NCBI GenBank assembly: GCA_016933055.1
Contig: JAFGBS010000009.1
Location: forward strand, 390,001 to 422,000
DNA length: 32,000 bases
From: Promethearchaeota archaeon
Lineage (GTDB): Archaea; Asgardarchaeota; Lokiarchaeia; Sigyniarchaeales; Promethearchaeaceae
Reading direction: 5' to 3'
The notes below the pieces were generated by a model. That model was not told the DNA's origin. It was given only the letters and a program-made list of their open reading frames with translations, and made no database searches. Position 1 is the first letter of the stretch. Each line of letters begins with the position of its first letter. Below are positions 10,235-19,038 of this stretch, one piece after another. Both the position numbers and the translations under genes were made by a program.

Positions 10235-10648
10235 TCACATCAAAAAATCATCTTCAATATTCATCTCTTCTTTCAAAATAAGGTAACGGAATCGATTCAT
10301 GGTACGTTTTCGGATTATACCGATTATTTTTCCATCTTCATTAATGATCCCATATCGCTCATGAGGAAGTTCTTTTGCATCTTCCCATGCGTCCAATATA
10401 TGAGTTTCTTCGTGAATCAACGGGAATTTCTGCACGAATTGTTCTACTTTAAGGTCGTTTGGATTTTTTTTCTCAGAAATCAATTTTAGAATACTTTTAT
10501 CATCCACAAAGCCTACAATTTCACCCTCAACTGTTATAACTATGGAACCAATGTTGTTTTTCAACATTAATTCAGCGAGATTTCCAAAACTCGTATCTAT
10601 ATCTGCTTTTATTAGGTTTGTACGGGCAAAATCTATGATCTTGGGCAT
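10235..10648 (-). CDS. Stand-alone CBS-domain pair protein
   Basis: LMLKNNIGSIVITVEGEIVGFV and RYGIINEDGKIIGII are CBS-like repeats. Confidence 0.75.
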   Translation of the reverse strand: MPKIIDFARTNLIKADIDTSFGNLAELMLKNNIGSIVITVEGEIVGFVDDKSILKLISEKKNPNDLKVEQFVQKFPLIHEETHILDAWEDAKELPHERYGIINEDGKIIGIIRKRTMNRFRYLILKEEMNIEDDFLM

Positions 10649-10727
10649 ATAGGTTTCAAAATGCCTTAGAACCTAAATACAATACGCACCAAACCTTGGA
10701 TTAATCGCAAAAATCTTTTACATATTC

Positions 10728-11363
10728 TTATAGTTTCATTGATGAACCAAATAGACACACTATATGATGCTCATATTTTGGAATAAGTTCAGAAGATTTT
10801 TGGGAAAACCGAATCGCATCCTTCACAATCCGTGGGAAGTTCTCGCAACAGATATAATCTATACTATATGATCTAATTGATTTAATATCATTTTTATCAA
10901 TCAAAGAGGTAAGTTTCTCACGAATAACTTTCGGAGACTCAATTTTTGGACAGATCGTTAAAATTATGTGAGAACTTGTAATCTCATCAAAAGTTCGATA
11001 AACAGCAGGAACACAATCAGCACATATGGCTATATCCGCATTTTTAAACTGAGGATGGGTTTCCTTAATTATATGTAGTTTAATTGGCCAGTTTTTGACA
11101 AAAGGTTCTTTTTGTATAAATTGTGTGACATCATCGATGGGTTGCCCATTATAAAGAATTGCTCCCATAGGGCAATTTTGGATGCAGTAACCTAATCCAT
11201 CACAAAAATCTTTCTTTATTACTCGAGCTTTTCCATTAATTACTTTAAAACCACCATTCGGACACGCAATCACGCAAGATCCACATCCGATACATTTCTT
11301 CAAATCAATGCTTATCTTTTCGTCTAGTATTCTTTCTTCTTGACTAGTATCTAATTTATCCAT
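10728..11363 (-). CDS. 4Fe-4S dicluster ferredoxin with conserved C-terminal WPxxL..ADC..CPK domain
   Basis: CIGCGSCVIACP, CDGLGYCIQNCP, NWPIKLHII, ICADCV, ICPKIE, YICC. Confidence 0.88.
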   Translation of the reverse strand: MDKLDTSQEERILDEKISIDLKKCIGCGSCVIACPNGGFKVINGKARVIKKDFCDGLGYCIQNCPMGAILYNGQPIDDVTQFIQKEPFVKNWPIKLHIIKETHPQFKNADIAICADCVPAVYRTFDEITSSHIILTICPKIESPKVIREKLTSLIDKNDIKSIRSYSIDYICCENFPRIVKDAIRFSQKSSELIPKYEHHIVCLFGSSMKL

Positions 11364-11505
11364 CCCAGATGCTACAAGTTTTACAGAAAAAAAATCTTTA
11401 TCATTTCAATTTCTATGCAATAAAGTTAAATTTTTGAGATTAAGTCTTAAGGATATCAAGAATACATTGATTCTATACAAGACATTATGTTCTCTATATG
11501 AAAGA

Positions 11506-12381
11506 ATGGATTGGGTGACCTTGAAACATTTATGGATAATTGATGATCTTTCCTCTACTGCAGTGTTTTATAAAAACTATAGTGCAATGGATATCGACCA
11601 AGATTTAGTCTCAGGATTATTATCTGCTTTACATAATTTTTCCGAAGTGGAATTAAAGCAACACGGTATTGAAAGCATAAATATGGGGGGTTTAAGTTTT
11701 TCTTATGTTGATAGTAAATCCTACAATCTATTACTTATAGCTGCAGATGATAAGGATGCTGATCCCAAAACGATGAAATTCCGGTTGGAAAGGATTTTTG
11801 ATGCGTTTATTCAAAGATACGAACTGACCCCAGAAAAGTGGAGGGAAATCTGGAATGGAAATGTGAGTAAATTCATAGATTTTTATGAGATAACTGATGA
11901 ATATATTTCCCAATGGAAACAAGCGGAAGAAGTTCTATCATCCGCAGCTTTGATTGATCTAATGGGTGTCGCCCAACAAATACTTAATCTCTTCACAAAT
12001 GTAATAAAAAATGTTTTCACATCCCGAAAAGAAAGGGAGATACACTTTCAAATTTTAAAAGGCATAAGCAAAATTTTAAAAGATCCAGAATATCAGAAAG
12101 ACTCCGAAATCCAGAAAATCACGTTCGCTCAAGACTTTGAATGGAATATTATCAGTATTAATCCCACTAAGGTCAATGGGGAACTCCTAAATCGTTTTTT
12201 ACTAAAAATAATCAACGAAATCAAGGTAATTTTCTTAAAATATTTCAATGTACCGATGTATTACGAACAAATGAGTCAAGAAATCTTCCCATATTTAATT
12301 TCAAGTTGGAGTTTATTACGAAAGTTGGATATAGATAAAAAATTAATGACAATTCTACTTTCAACCAAAATATCAAATTAA
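11506..12381 (+). CDS. Longin/roadblock-like domain protein with helical C-terminal region (Asgard-type)
   Basis: HLWIIDD..AVFYKNY..DQDLVSGLLSALHNFSEVEL..IESINMGG..LLLIAADD..LERIFDAFIQRY fits the longin fold pattern; ATG 11506 preferred over the track start 11434. Confidence 0.65.
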   Translation: MDWVTLKHLWIIDDLSSTAVFYKNYSAMDIDQDLVSGLLSALHNFSEVELKQHGIESINMGGLSFSYVDSKSYNLLLIAADDKDADPKTMKFRLERIFDAFIQRYELTPEKWREIWNGNVSKFIDFYEITDEYISQWKQAEEVLSSAALIDLMGVAQQILNLFTNVIKNVFTSRKEREIHFQILKGISKILKDPEYQKDSEIQKITFAQDFEWNIISINPTKVNGELLNRFLLKIINEIKVIFLKYFNVPMYYEQMSQEIFPYLISSWSLLRKLDIDKKLMTILLSTKISN

Positions 12382-12396
12382 TCACGCTAGCAAAGC

Positions 12397-12417
12397 ATTA
12401 TAAATTATAAATTATAA
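12397..12417 (+). promoter_or_regulatory. Triple tandem ATTATAA (TATA-like) upstream of the Lrp gene
   Basis: Three perfect 7-mers at 12397, 12404 and 12411, ending 10 nt before ATG 12428. Confidence 0.5.
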
Positions 12418-12427
12418 AAAATAAGTC

Positions 12428-12979
12428 ATGATAAGTGAGAATTTTGGTTTGGATGATATTGATAGATCAATAATTACTCTACTTCAAAAACATCCAAATA
12501 TTACCCATTCAGAAATTGCAAAGAGAATTGGAAGAAGCCAGCCTGCTGTTGGATCTAGAATCCATCGTTTGGAGGAAAAGGGCGTAATTTCGTCTCAATA
12601 TGGTATCAATTTTAAAAACGCGGATATTATTTTGGCGAAAGTTGAATTATCCACTTCGGATCCCGATGATATCATTGAAATGGGGAAATATTGCCCATTT
12701 GTTGTCAATTGTATGCGTTTAAGTGGGAAGAATAACATTTTATTACTACTCGCTTCTTCTTCCATGAAAAAAATAGATAACGTGGTTGACTGTCACTTTC
12801 GGAATCACGAACATATCAGAAATGTCAGGCTAGATATTATAACTGGTTTTGTTAAAGATTTTATTCTTCCCATTGATTTCGAAATGGAAAACCATGACCC
12901 AGATCCTATTGAAGGATGTGGTGATAACTGCGCCCGAAAAATAGCTCTCGAAGCTGCAAGAGAAAAAGCAAAATCATAA
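12428..12979 (+). CDS. Lrp/AsnC-family transcriptional regulator, Cys-rich
   Basis: LDDIDRSIITLLQKHPNITHSEIAKRIGRSQPAVGSRIHRLEEKGVI (wHTH), RAM-like domain with LSGKNNI. Confidence 0.9.
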   Translation: MISENFGLDDIDRSIITLLQKHPNITHSEIAKRIGRSQPAVGSRIHRLEEKGVISSQYGINFKNADIILAKVELSTSDPDDIIEMGKYCPFVVNCMRLSGKNNILLLLASSSMKKIDNVVDCHFRNHEHIRNVRLDIITGFVKDFILPIDFEMENHDPDPIEGCGDNCARKIALEAAREKAKS

Positions 12980-13119
12980 ACTTATCCACTTTTATTGAAT
13001 GAAATATTTCCCCTTTTTATCTTTATCAAGTTGATTTAGTGTTTTAACCTTAATATTTATTAATGCTGGAATGAACTTGGATCGTGATTTTTAAATCGAT
13101 TAACTGATGTGAAAAATAT

Positions 13120-13512
13120 ATGGTAGATATGAATGAATTTTATCAATCTGCAGATTGGAAATCAGAAAAACATGTACCAGTCCTAAGTATTGAAGGTCCA
13201 GTTAAAAAAGGAGAATGGGTAAAAGTAAGTGCACAAATTGGGAAGGAAATCGGTCATCCCAATAAAACGGAGCATCATATTGCGTGGATTAAATTATTCT
13301 TTCATCCTAAAGGGGAAAAATATCCCTATGAAATTGGACAAGCAAATTTTAATGCGCATGGTGCATCTGTACAAGGTCCGGATACGAGTTCTATCTATAC
13401 TCATCATCAAGCTTTATTTATGTTCAAAACTGACAAACCTGGAACCTTAATTGCAGAAAGCTACTGTAATATTCATGGCGTGTGGAAAAACGAACACGAA
13501 ATAAGCTTTTAA
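13120..13512 (+). CDS. sor: 1Fe superoxide reductase (neelaredoxin / class II SORL)
   Basis: EKHVP, HPNKTEHHIAWI, YCNIHGVW supply the Fe ligand set; no desulforedoxin domain. Confidence 0.92.
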   Translation: MVDMNEFYQSADWKSEKHVPVLSIEGPVKKGEWVKVSAQIGKEIGHPNKTEHHIAWIKLFFHPKGEKYPYEIGQANFNAHGASVQGPDTSSIYTHHQALFMFKTDKPGTLIAESYCNIHGVWKNEHEISF

Positions 13513-13531
13513 CTTTTCTATTTTTTTTTTC
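13513..13531 (+). terminator. Oligo-T tract after sor (archaeal intrinsic terminator-like)
   Basis: cttttctattttttttttc directly after the stop codon. Confidence 0.45.
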
Positions 13532-13660
13532 AATACAATTATCCTCCTCGTTCTATGTAAGTATTCTAGGAATGAATGTGCTTGAATAAAAAATAAAATC
13601 ATATCAGGCAGTTCTATAGATAAAGAAGCTTTTTTTTATTACATAATCCAACCAGTAACT

Positions 13661-15322
13661 ATGCAGAAAAATACAAAAAAAACACTGATTGGTTATTTTG
13701 GCACTGTTTTTTTAATAGTAACATGCGTTAGCATCGGAATTCTGTACTTTAATGACAGATCAGTAATAAATAGAGAGCAACTAACTTTTGAAAGTCCAAC
13801 TGGAGTCACATTGAAAGGATTTTATTATCCAGGAAATTTGGATGCTGGAGTCATGTTGCTGGAGGGATTTAGTGCTGATCAGTTTATGTTGAAAGGTTTT
13901 GCATTAGAATTTTGGAAATTAGGGTTCCATGTGCTTACATTTGATTTCACAGGGCATGGTTTATCATTTGGATCAATCGGATTTGATAATGCTGCTACAG
14001 ATGTGTTAGCTAAGCAGGTGCTGAAAGCAGAGGAAATTTTTAAGTCCGAATCGGGGTTGTTGGATTCTCAAATCCTATATATGGGACATAGTATGGGTTC
14101 ACGTGTGGCCCTACAAGCCGCGACAATGGATGACTCCCTAGCTGGTTTAATACTTGTTGGTACTTCTATCAATTTGGATTTGAATCTGCAATCTGATTTC
14201 TTCACTGGTGTAAGGGATTCTGATTTGGAGTGGATTCAGAACTTAAATGGAACTAATCCGGAAACTCCGGTATTGCTGATGTCTGGAGCTTGGGATGATA
14301 TTTTGACTCCCTCTGCCGCAAATTTATTATTCGAACAATTAGGCGGAGAAGGTGCACCAAATGCCAGAGAATTGATCATTTTCGATTATATGTTTCATAA
14401 TTATGAGGTATATTCTCCACGGGTAATTTCTTATGCTTTAAACTGGGCGATTAATACTTTAGGGCTGGGATTGAATCCCTTATCCCCTTCTACAATGGTA
14501 ATTCGAAAGATTTTCTGGGCAGTTGGTGTAAGTAGTTTATTTTTAACCTTGATTTTCTTCAACCTTTATCTCGAGTTAAAAAATGTGGGATTTGATAAAT
14601 TAATGAATTCCGACCCTTCAATAAATATTACCAATACCCAAAAATTTCTATGGGTTAAACTAGCTTTGTGGATACTATCCTTGCCCTTATGTGTGATAGT
14701 TGCTGGTGTGCTTTCTTTAATCCCGATTGGAATCCCAGTGTTCAACATGATTTATGTGGGATTTATAGCAGGATATGGGATCTTTATGGTGTTGATATAT
14801 CAATTCCGGAAGAAAAAGCTAATCCCTGGATTAGAAGGAACATTCGACTTGAAGGATATGAAGCATACTTCGGTGAAAAAAATACTTAAGGGTACTTGTA
14901 TTGTATTGGGACTCTTGATTTTAAGTACTTTATTTGCACGGAGTGGTCTATATGCCCTATTCCCTCTAAATTATCGTTTGATATGGTTGATTCTTTTTAC
15001 TCTGATTACCATTCCCGCTTTTTACATAACACTGAAAGAACAAGAATGGATCGTAAAAACTAAGCGAAAAAGATTAGTATCCTTTGTTCATACAGTAATT
15101 GGATATGTCCCTTTTATTCTCTTAACGATTTTATATCTAGTTCTCCGATCAATTTCTGGGATGATTGGGGCAATTCATGGATTAATTATTATTGCTCTAG
15201 TTACCATTACGGGTAATCTGCTCGGAAAAATCGTTCAAAATCAGTTGTTTATTTCTATAATTCAATCTTTCTTGTTATATTATTTGGTTCTCCCACAAAC
15301 AGCTTTATTTGTGTTCTTCTAA
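13661..15322 (+). CDS. Membrane-bound alpha/beta hydrolase with multi-TM C-terminal half
   Basis: N-terminal TM; FDFTGHG; GHSMGS nucleophile elbow; SGAWDD (Asp); MFHNYE (His); several hydrophobic helices follow. Confidence 0.8.
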   Translation: MQKNTKKTLIGYFGTVFLIVTCVSIGILYFNDRSVINREQLTFESPTGVTLKGFYYPGNLDAGVMLLEGFSADQFMLKGFALEFWKLGFHVLTFDFTGHGLSFGSIGFDNAATDVLAKQVLKAEEIFKSESGLLDSQILYMGHSMGSRVALQAATMDDSLAGLILVGTSINLDLNLQSDFFTGVRDSDLEWIQNLNGTNPETPVLLMSGAWDDILTPSAANLLFEQLGGEGAPNARELIIFDYMFHNYEVYSPRVISYALNWAINTLGLGLNPLSPSTMVIRKIFWAVGVSSLFLTLIFFNLYLELKNVGFDKLMNSDPSINITNTQKFLWVKLALWILSLPLCVIVAGVLSLIPIGIPVFNMIYVGFIAGYGIFMVLIYQFRKKKLIPGLEGTFDLKDMKHTSVKKILKGTCIVLGLLILSTLFARSGLYALFPLNYRLIWLILFTLITIPAFYITLKEQEWIVKTKRKRLVSFVHTVIGYVPFILLTILYLVLRSISGMIGAIHGLIIIALVTITGNLLGKIVQNQLFISIIQSFLLYYLVLPQTALFVFF

Positions 15323-15455
15323 CGCAAATTTTATTTTTTCTTTCTTTTTCTGTAAAAAAATTTCAAAACAAAAGCAAAACCCCATTATATCCTTTATTTT
15401 CTAATCCTTAGGATTATGTATGTTATTCAATTGGTATACTTAAACAATGATTTAA

Positions 15456-15824
15456 GTGAAAAAAATGACAGAAGAACATAAAGAAAAAAAACGAACACAT
15501 AAACATAAAAGACAAGTTTGGGTTAATGCAAATAGTCCTAATGATTGTGGTTGCCAAGATCCTGATGATGAATTAATGATATTAAATTATGAAATTCCTG
15601 GAGCGAATAAAGAAAAGATCCATCTTCATGTTGTGGAAAATGGCCTACGTTTGGTTGCACCGAGATCAGATGAAGACTATGATTATGTCAGCACCTATAG
15701 TTTTACTTGTCCTGCAGATCCCAAAAATGTCAAAGCTAAGTATAATGATGGTATTTTAGAGGTTCACATACCATACAATTGCCCAAATCCGTATAAAGAT
15801 ATACCACCTGTAACCATAGAATAG
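15456..15824 (+). CDS. Hsp20/alpha-crystallin small heat-shock protein
   Basis: EIPGANKEKIHLHV and VKAKYNDGILEVHIP motifs; alternative ATG at 15465. Confidence 0.85.
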   Translation: MKKMTEEHKEKKRTHKHKRQVWVNANSPNDCGCQDPDDELMILNYEIPGANKEKIHLHVVENGLRLVAPRSDEDYDYVSTYSFTCPADPKNVKAKYNDGILEVHIPYNCPNPYKDIPPVTIE

Positions 15825-16323
15825 TATTCCAATTATTTTTTATCTTTATGTATAGGTACAACCCCCTTATAAAATTCGAAAAATTGTATTTGATTAATCA
15901 ACATCTATCCCATATCCTCCACGCTTGTTTATGGTCCATCTATGTTATTTTTTTCTATACACCCTATTTCTACGGTAAATTGTTCCTTTTCACACCTATC
16001 CCTATTGGTCCCATGAATTGGAATTTGTATCCCGTGAATGAAATGTTATCCGAACACCCTATACCCGCATGGTCCCTCTCATTTTAATACCAAGTTTTTC
16101 ATGTAAAGTTAGCTAAAAGGGACTTTTTGGGATTTTGGCCATTGCATGATAATTAATCCTTACTAACGTTACAAATGTGAAAGAGAACGGTATGAGTTAG
16201 GTTGAAAATAGTAGGATATGTGTTGACTAATTTAATTCTTTTCCATAATACGATAAAATTGTATTTTTATTTCGATTTTCTGTATCACTATCGTTCTTCA
16301 TTATTATTTACTAATTAAAGAGG

Positions 16324-18012
16324 TTGATTCAGACGAGTTTAGAATTTAGTCGAATAGATGGAAAAAATGTCCACTTTTTTTTAATCGAACCAGAATATCC
16401 CATAGAATTTGAGTTCAATTCTGTTAATGAAACAAAATTGCACTATCCATGGAGAAATGGAGTTGATTCCCCCTACATAGCCCAACTGGAGCAAAATCTT
16501 AAGAAAGTTCGAAAAAAGACTCCAGCGACATTACTATTTATGGAAAGAGGAACTTCCCCACATCCTGATTTTCAACACGTAAGTATTGAAAATCTTGCAT
16601 ATACTATTGGAATACCCTTTAGATATATTGATCTACCAACAGATCTGATGGAAACTCAATTTTTAAGTTTAAAAAGACAATTGGACTATATTCAAAAATT
16701 GGAGAGTAAACGATCATCATTTCAAAATAAGGAAGGATATGAGGTTGAGGTCAGAAATTTAGATGCGTTAATTTTAGATGCTCGAGATTCTTTGAAGAAA
16801 GATCATTCCGAACTTGTTGGGAACAAGCGCCCACTATGGATTATGTTTCAAATAATAGAGATATTACGTCAATGGGATTCCAAAGAAATAAGCTGTATTC
16901 TCATTATTTCCAAAATAATGCACAAGGCAATATTAAAGATTGCAAATCAATTAGAATTGCAAACTGATCAATATTGTTTGTATCGAGACGTAATAGAATC
17001 TGTGGATGTATCAAATTTTACGAACGCCATTGAAAATAAGGATTTAATTCAGTATTCTCTTAAAAAAGAGAAAAAAAAGCAAGATAAAAAATACTTACTC
17101 TATATGGTCGATACAGATCCAATTGCAACACCTTATGATATTACTATGGCTTATGATGCAGGATATGACGCAGTGATCCATTTTGAAGATGTAAAACCAG
17201 AAGAAACCACCGGTTTAATACAAGATCTTGTGTTTTCTCGCAGAAATAATAAATATACTACACTGTTTTTAAACGGAAGGCATGAGAATGTGTTTTTTGA
17301 AGTATTAGACCGGGTCAAAAAATCAATGTTTGGTCCCTTTAAGGTATCTACAGTAATCGATCCCCGGGGAGCATGTTCAGGAGCGGGTGCTGCAGTTGCA
17401 CTTATTGAAGATCTGGTATATACACGAAGATTAGGAAAAATTGAGAATAAGTCAGTGGTAGTATTTGGTGGAACGGGACCTTTCGGACACCTAATAGCGA
17501 CATTGTTGTACAAAGATGGATGCGACGTATGTATTGTAGAAACATGGAATCAACGAGACAAGAAATTTTTAAAGGAATTTCTAGATTATACGAAAAAAAC
17601 CTATAATGTACGTCTTACAGGTGCACTTGCTTTTGATGAGGAATCGAAACTTCATCTTGCTCAAAATGCTGATGTTATTATCTCAACTGCTGCTCCTGGA
17701 ATTCAAATTCTGGATAAAAATATCATGCAACAAATTCCTAAAGGAAAACTAGCGATTGATACCAATATGGTCATACCAGCAGGTATTGAAGGTATTTCAG
17801 AGGACATGGATGGGCAAGAGATTTATCCAGGAATTTTTGCAATTGGTGCATTGACTATCGGGGCTCTTAAATACAAAGTAGAAATGAAAATGTTGAAAGA
17901 CGCGAAAAATGCAAAATCAGGATTTTTTGACTTATATTACGCAGTAAAAGCAGCAAAAAGAATCTTGAATTTACCCGAGAAGAAAAAAAGATTAGATGAA
18001 CGCTTAAAATAA
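16324..18012 (+). CDS. MtdA/MtdB-family methylene-H4MPT/H4F dehydrogenase fused to an unknown N-terminal domain of about 250 aa
   Basis: From about aa 255: YLLYMVDTDPIATPYDITMAYDAGYD, MFGPFKVSTVIDPRG, VFGGTGPFG, DTNMVIPAGIEGI, AIGALTIGALKYK; TTG start. Confidence 0.82.
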   Translation: MIQTSLEFSRIDGKNVHFFLIEPEYPIEFEFNSVNETKLHYPWRNGVDSPYIAQLEQNLKKVRKKTPATLLFMERGTSPHPDFQHVSIENLAYTIGIPFRYIDLPTDLMETQFLSLKRQLDYIQKLESKRSSFQNKEGYEVEVRNLDALILDARDSLKKDHSELVGNKRPLWIMFQIIEILRQWDSKEISCILIISKIMHKAILKIANQLELQTDQYCLYRDVIESVDVSNFTNAIENKDLIQYSLKKEKKKQDKKYLLYMVDTDPIATPYDITMAYDAGYDAVIHFEDVKPEETTGLIQDLVFSRRNNKYTTLFLNGRHENVFFEVLDRVKKSMFGPFKVSTVIDPRGACSGAGAAVALIEDLVYTRRLGKIENKSVVVFGGTGPFGHLIATLLYKDGCDVCIVETWNQRDKKFLKEFLDYTKKTYNVRLTGALAFDEESKLHLAQNADVIISTAAPGIQILDKNIMQQIPKGKLAIDTNMVIPAGIEGISEDMDGQEIYPGIFAIGALTIGALKYKVEMKMLKDAKNAKSGFFDLYYAVKAAKRILNLPEKKKRLDERLK

Positions 18013-18014
18013 GG

Positions 18015-19022
18015 GTGGGCTTCTTGCAAATCGACGAAAATATATATAAAAAAGTGATGTTACAGAATAATTTGAATAATTGTTCCGAAACAATCCTCAA
18101 AATAAAGGATAAACGCAAAAAATATCTGCTGTTTATGATAGATACGGATCCTAAAGCTTCCCCCTTTGACATCAATATGGCATATGAATCAGGTTACGAT
18201 ATGTGTGTGCATTTTGCAGGTTTGACCCCTGAACAAGCTATGGGATTTATGTTAGATCTCTATTATGCGCGTTCAGAAAAAAACCATAAATATACAACGA
18301 TGTTTCTGAACGGAAAAGATTTTGATAAAGTGTATGATGCATTCCATAAGGCGAAAATTGCAATGGGAGGAGATATACGGATTCCCTTAGTGATCGATCC
18401 AAGAGGAGCTGCAACGACTGCAGCCTCCTTAGTCGCAAAAATGAAAAATGTCTTTTTACAAAAAGGGGAACAACTAAAAAATCAAAAAATTACGATTCTC
18501 GGAGGTACAGGTCCCGTGGGACGTATTGCAGGTGCTTTATGCAATAGAGAAGGGGCAGATACATATATAATTGAAACTTGGGATCAACGTAATCAAGAAT
18601 GGCTTGATAATTTCATCCATAAATTCAATCAAGAATATGATGTGGCACTGAAAAGTTTGTTATTGACTAATGAAACAAAACGCTTGGAGCACTGTATGGA
18701 TACAGACTTGATCATATCTTGTGGTGCAGCCGGTATTGAATTACTTGGTACAAATTCGATGGAAATTCTTTCTCAGAAAGCTCCAGGAAAGCAATGTGTA
18801 GATATCAATTTGGTTCCCCCTCCCGGTATTAATGGGATTAAACCAGATTCAGATGGAGGAGAAATTTTTCCCGGTATTTACGGATATGGTCCATTAAATA
18901 TCGGACAAATTAAATTTCAAACGGAAATCGCGATTTTAGAAGAAGCTCGAAAAGCGGAATATGGTATTTTTGATTTTAATCGAGCCTATGAAATAGCAAA
19001 AAAAATGATAAAAATAGATTAA
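18015..19022 (+). CDS. MtdA/MtdB-family methylene-H4MPT/H4F dehydrogenase (paralog 2)
   Basis: LFMIDTDPKASPFDINMAYESGYD, IDPRGAATTAA, ILGGTGPVG, DINLVPPPGINGI, GYGPLNIGQIK; GTG start 2 nt after the upstream stop. Confidence 0.87.
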   Translation: MGFLQIDENIYKKVMLQNNLNNCSETILKIKDKRKKYLLFMIDTDPKASPFDINMAYESGYDMCVHFAGLTPEQAMGFMLDLYYARSEKNHKYTTMFLNGKDFDKVYDAFHKAKIAMGGDIRIPLVIDPRGAATTAASLVAKMKNVFLQKGEQLKNQKITILGGTGPVGRIAGALCNREGADTYIIETWDQRNQEWLDNFIHKFNQEYDVALKSLLLTNETKRLEHCMDTDLIISCGAAGIELLGTNSMEILSQKAPGKQCVDINLVPPPGINGIKPDSDGGEIFPGIYGYGPLNIGQIKFQTEIAILEEARKAEYGIFDFNRAYEIAKKMIKID

Positions 19023-19038
19023 ATCGGATTTCCTTGTC

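Noticed and set aside
2295-10489. Short track ORFs overlapping gyrB, gyrA, mglA, nagB and the CBS gene (e.g. 2295-2570, 2801-3085, 3782-4033, 4804-5010, 7694-7933, 8323-8505, 9255-9560, 10181-10489)
   Set aside because: Antisense or alternate-frame shadows of well-supported genes
13086-13097. GATTT-TT-AAATC upstream of sor, and Per-box-like ATAATTATAA upstream of rbr, as a shared operator
   Set aside because: Arms of 5 bp or less in very AT-rich DNA; no consistent motif by eye across the sor, rbr, rubredoxin and fprA promoters
15848-16087. 79-aa + strand ORF in the track
   Set aside because: Aromatic/Pro-rich composition typical of non-coding or antisense sequence, with no motif; region kept only as an unexplained repeat finding
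16054-16110. Possible UGA-readthrough (selenocysteine) peptide MKNLVLK-UGA-EGPCGYRVFG on the - strand
   Set aside because: Only about 18 aa, no selenoprotein family resemblance and no convincing SECIS; none of the called genes needs an in-frame UGA
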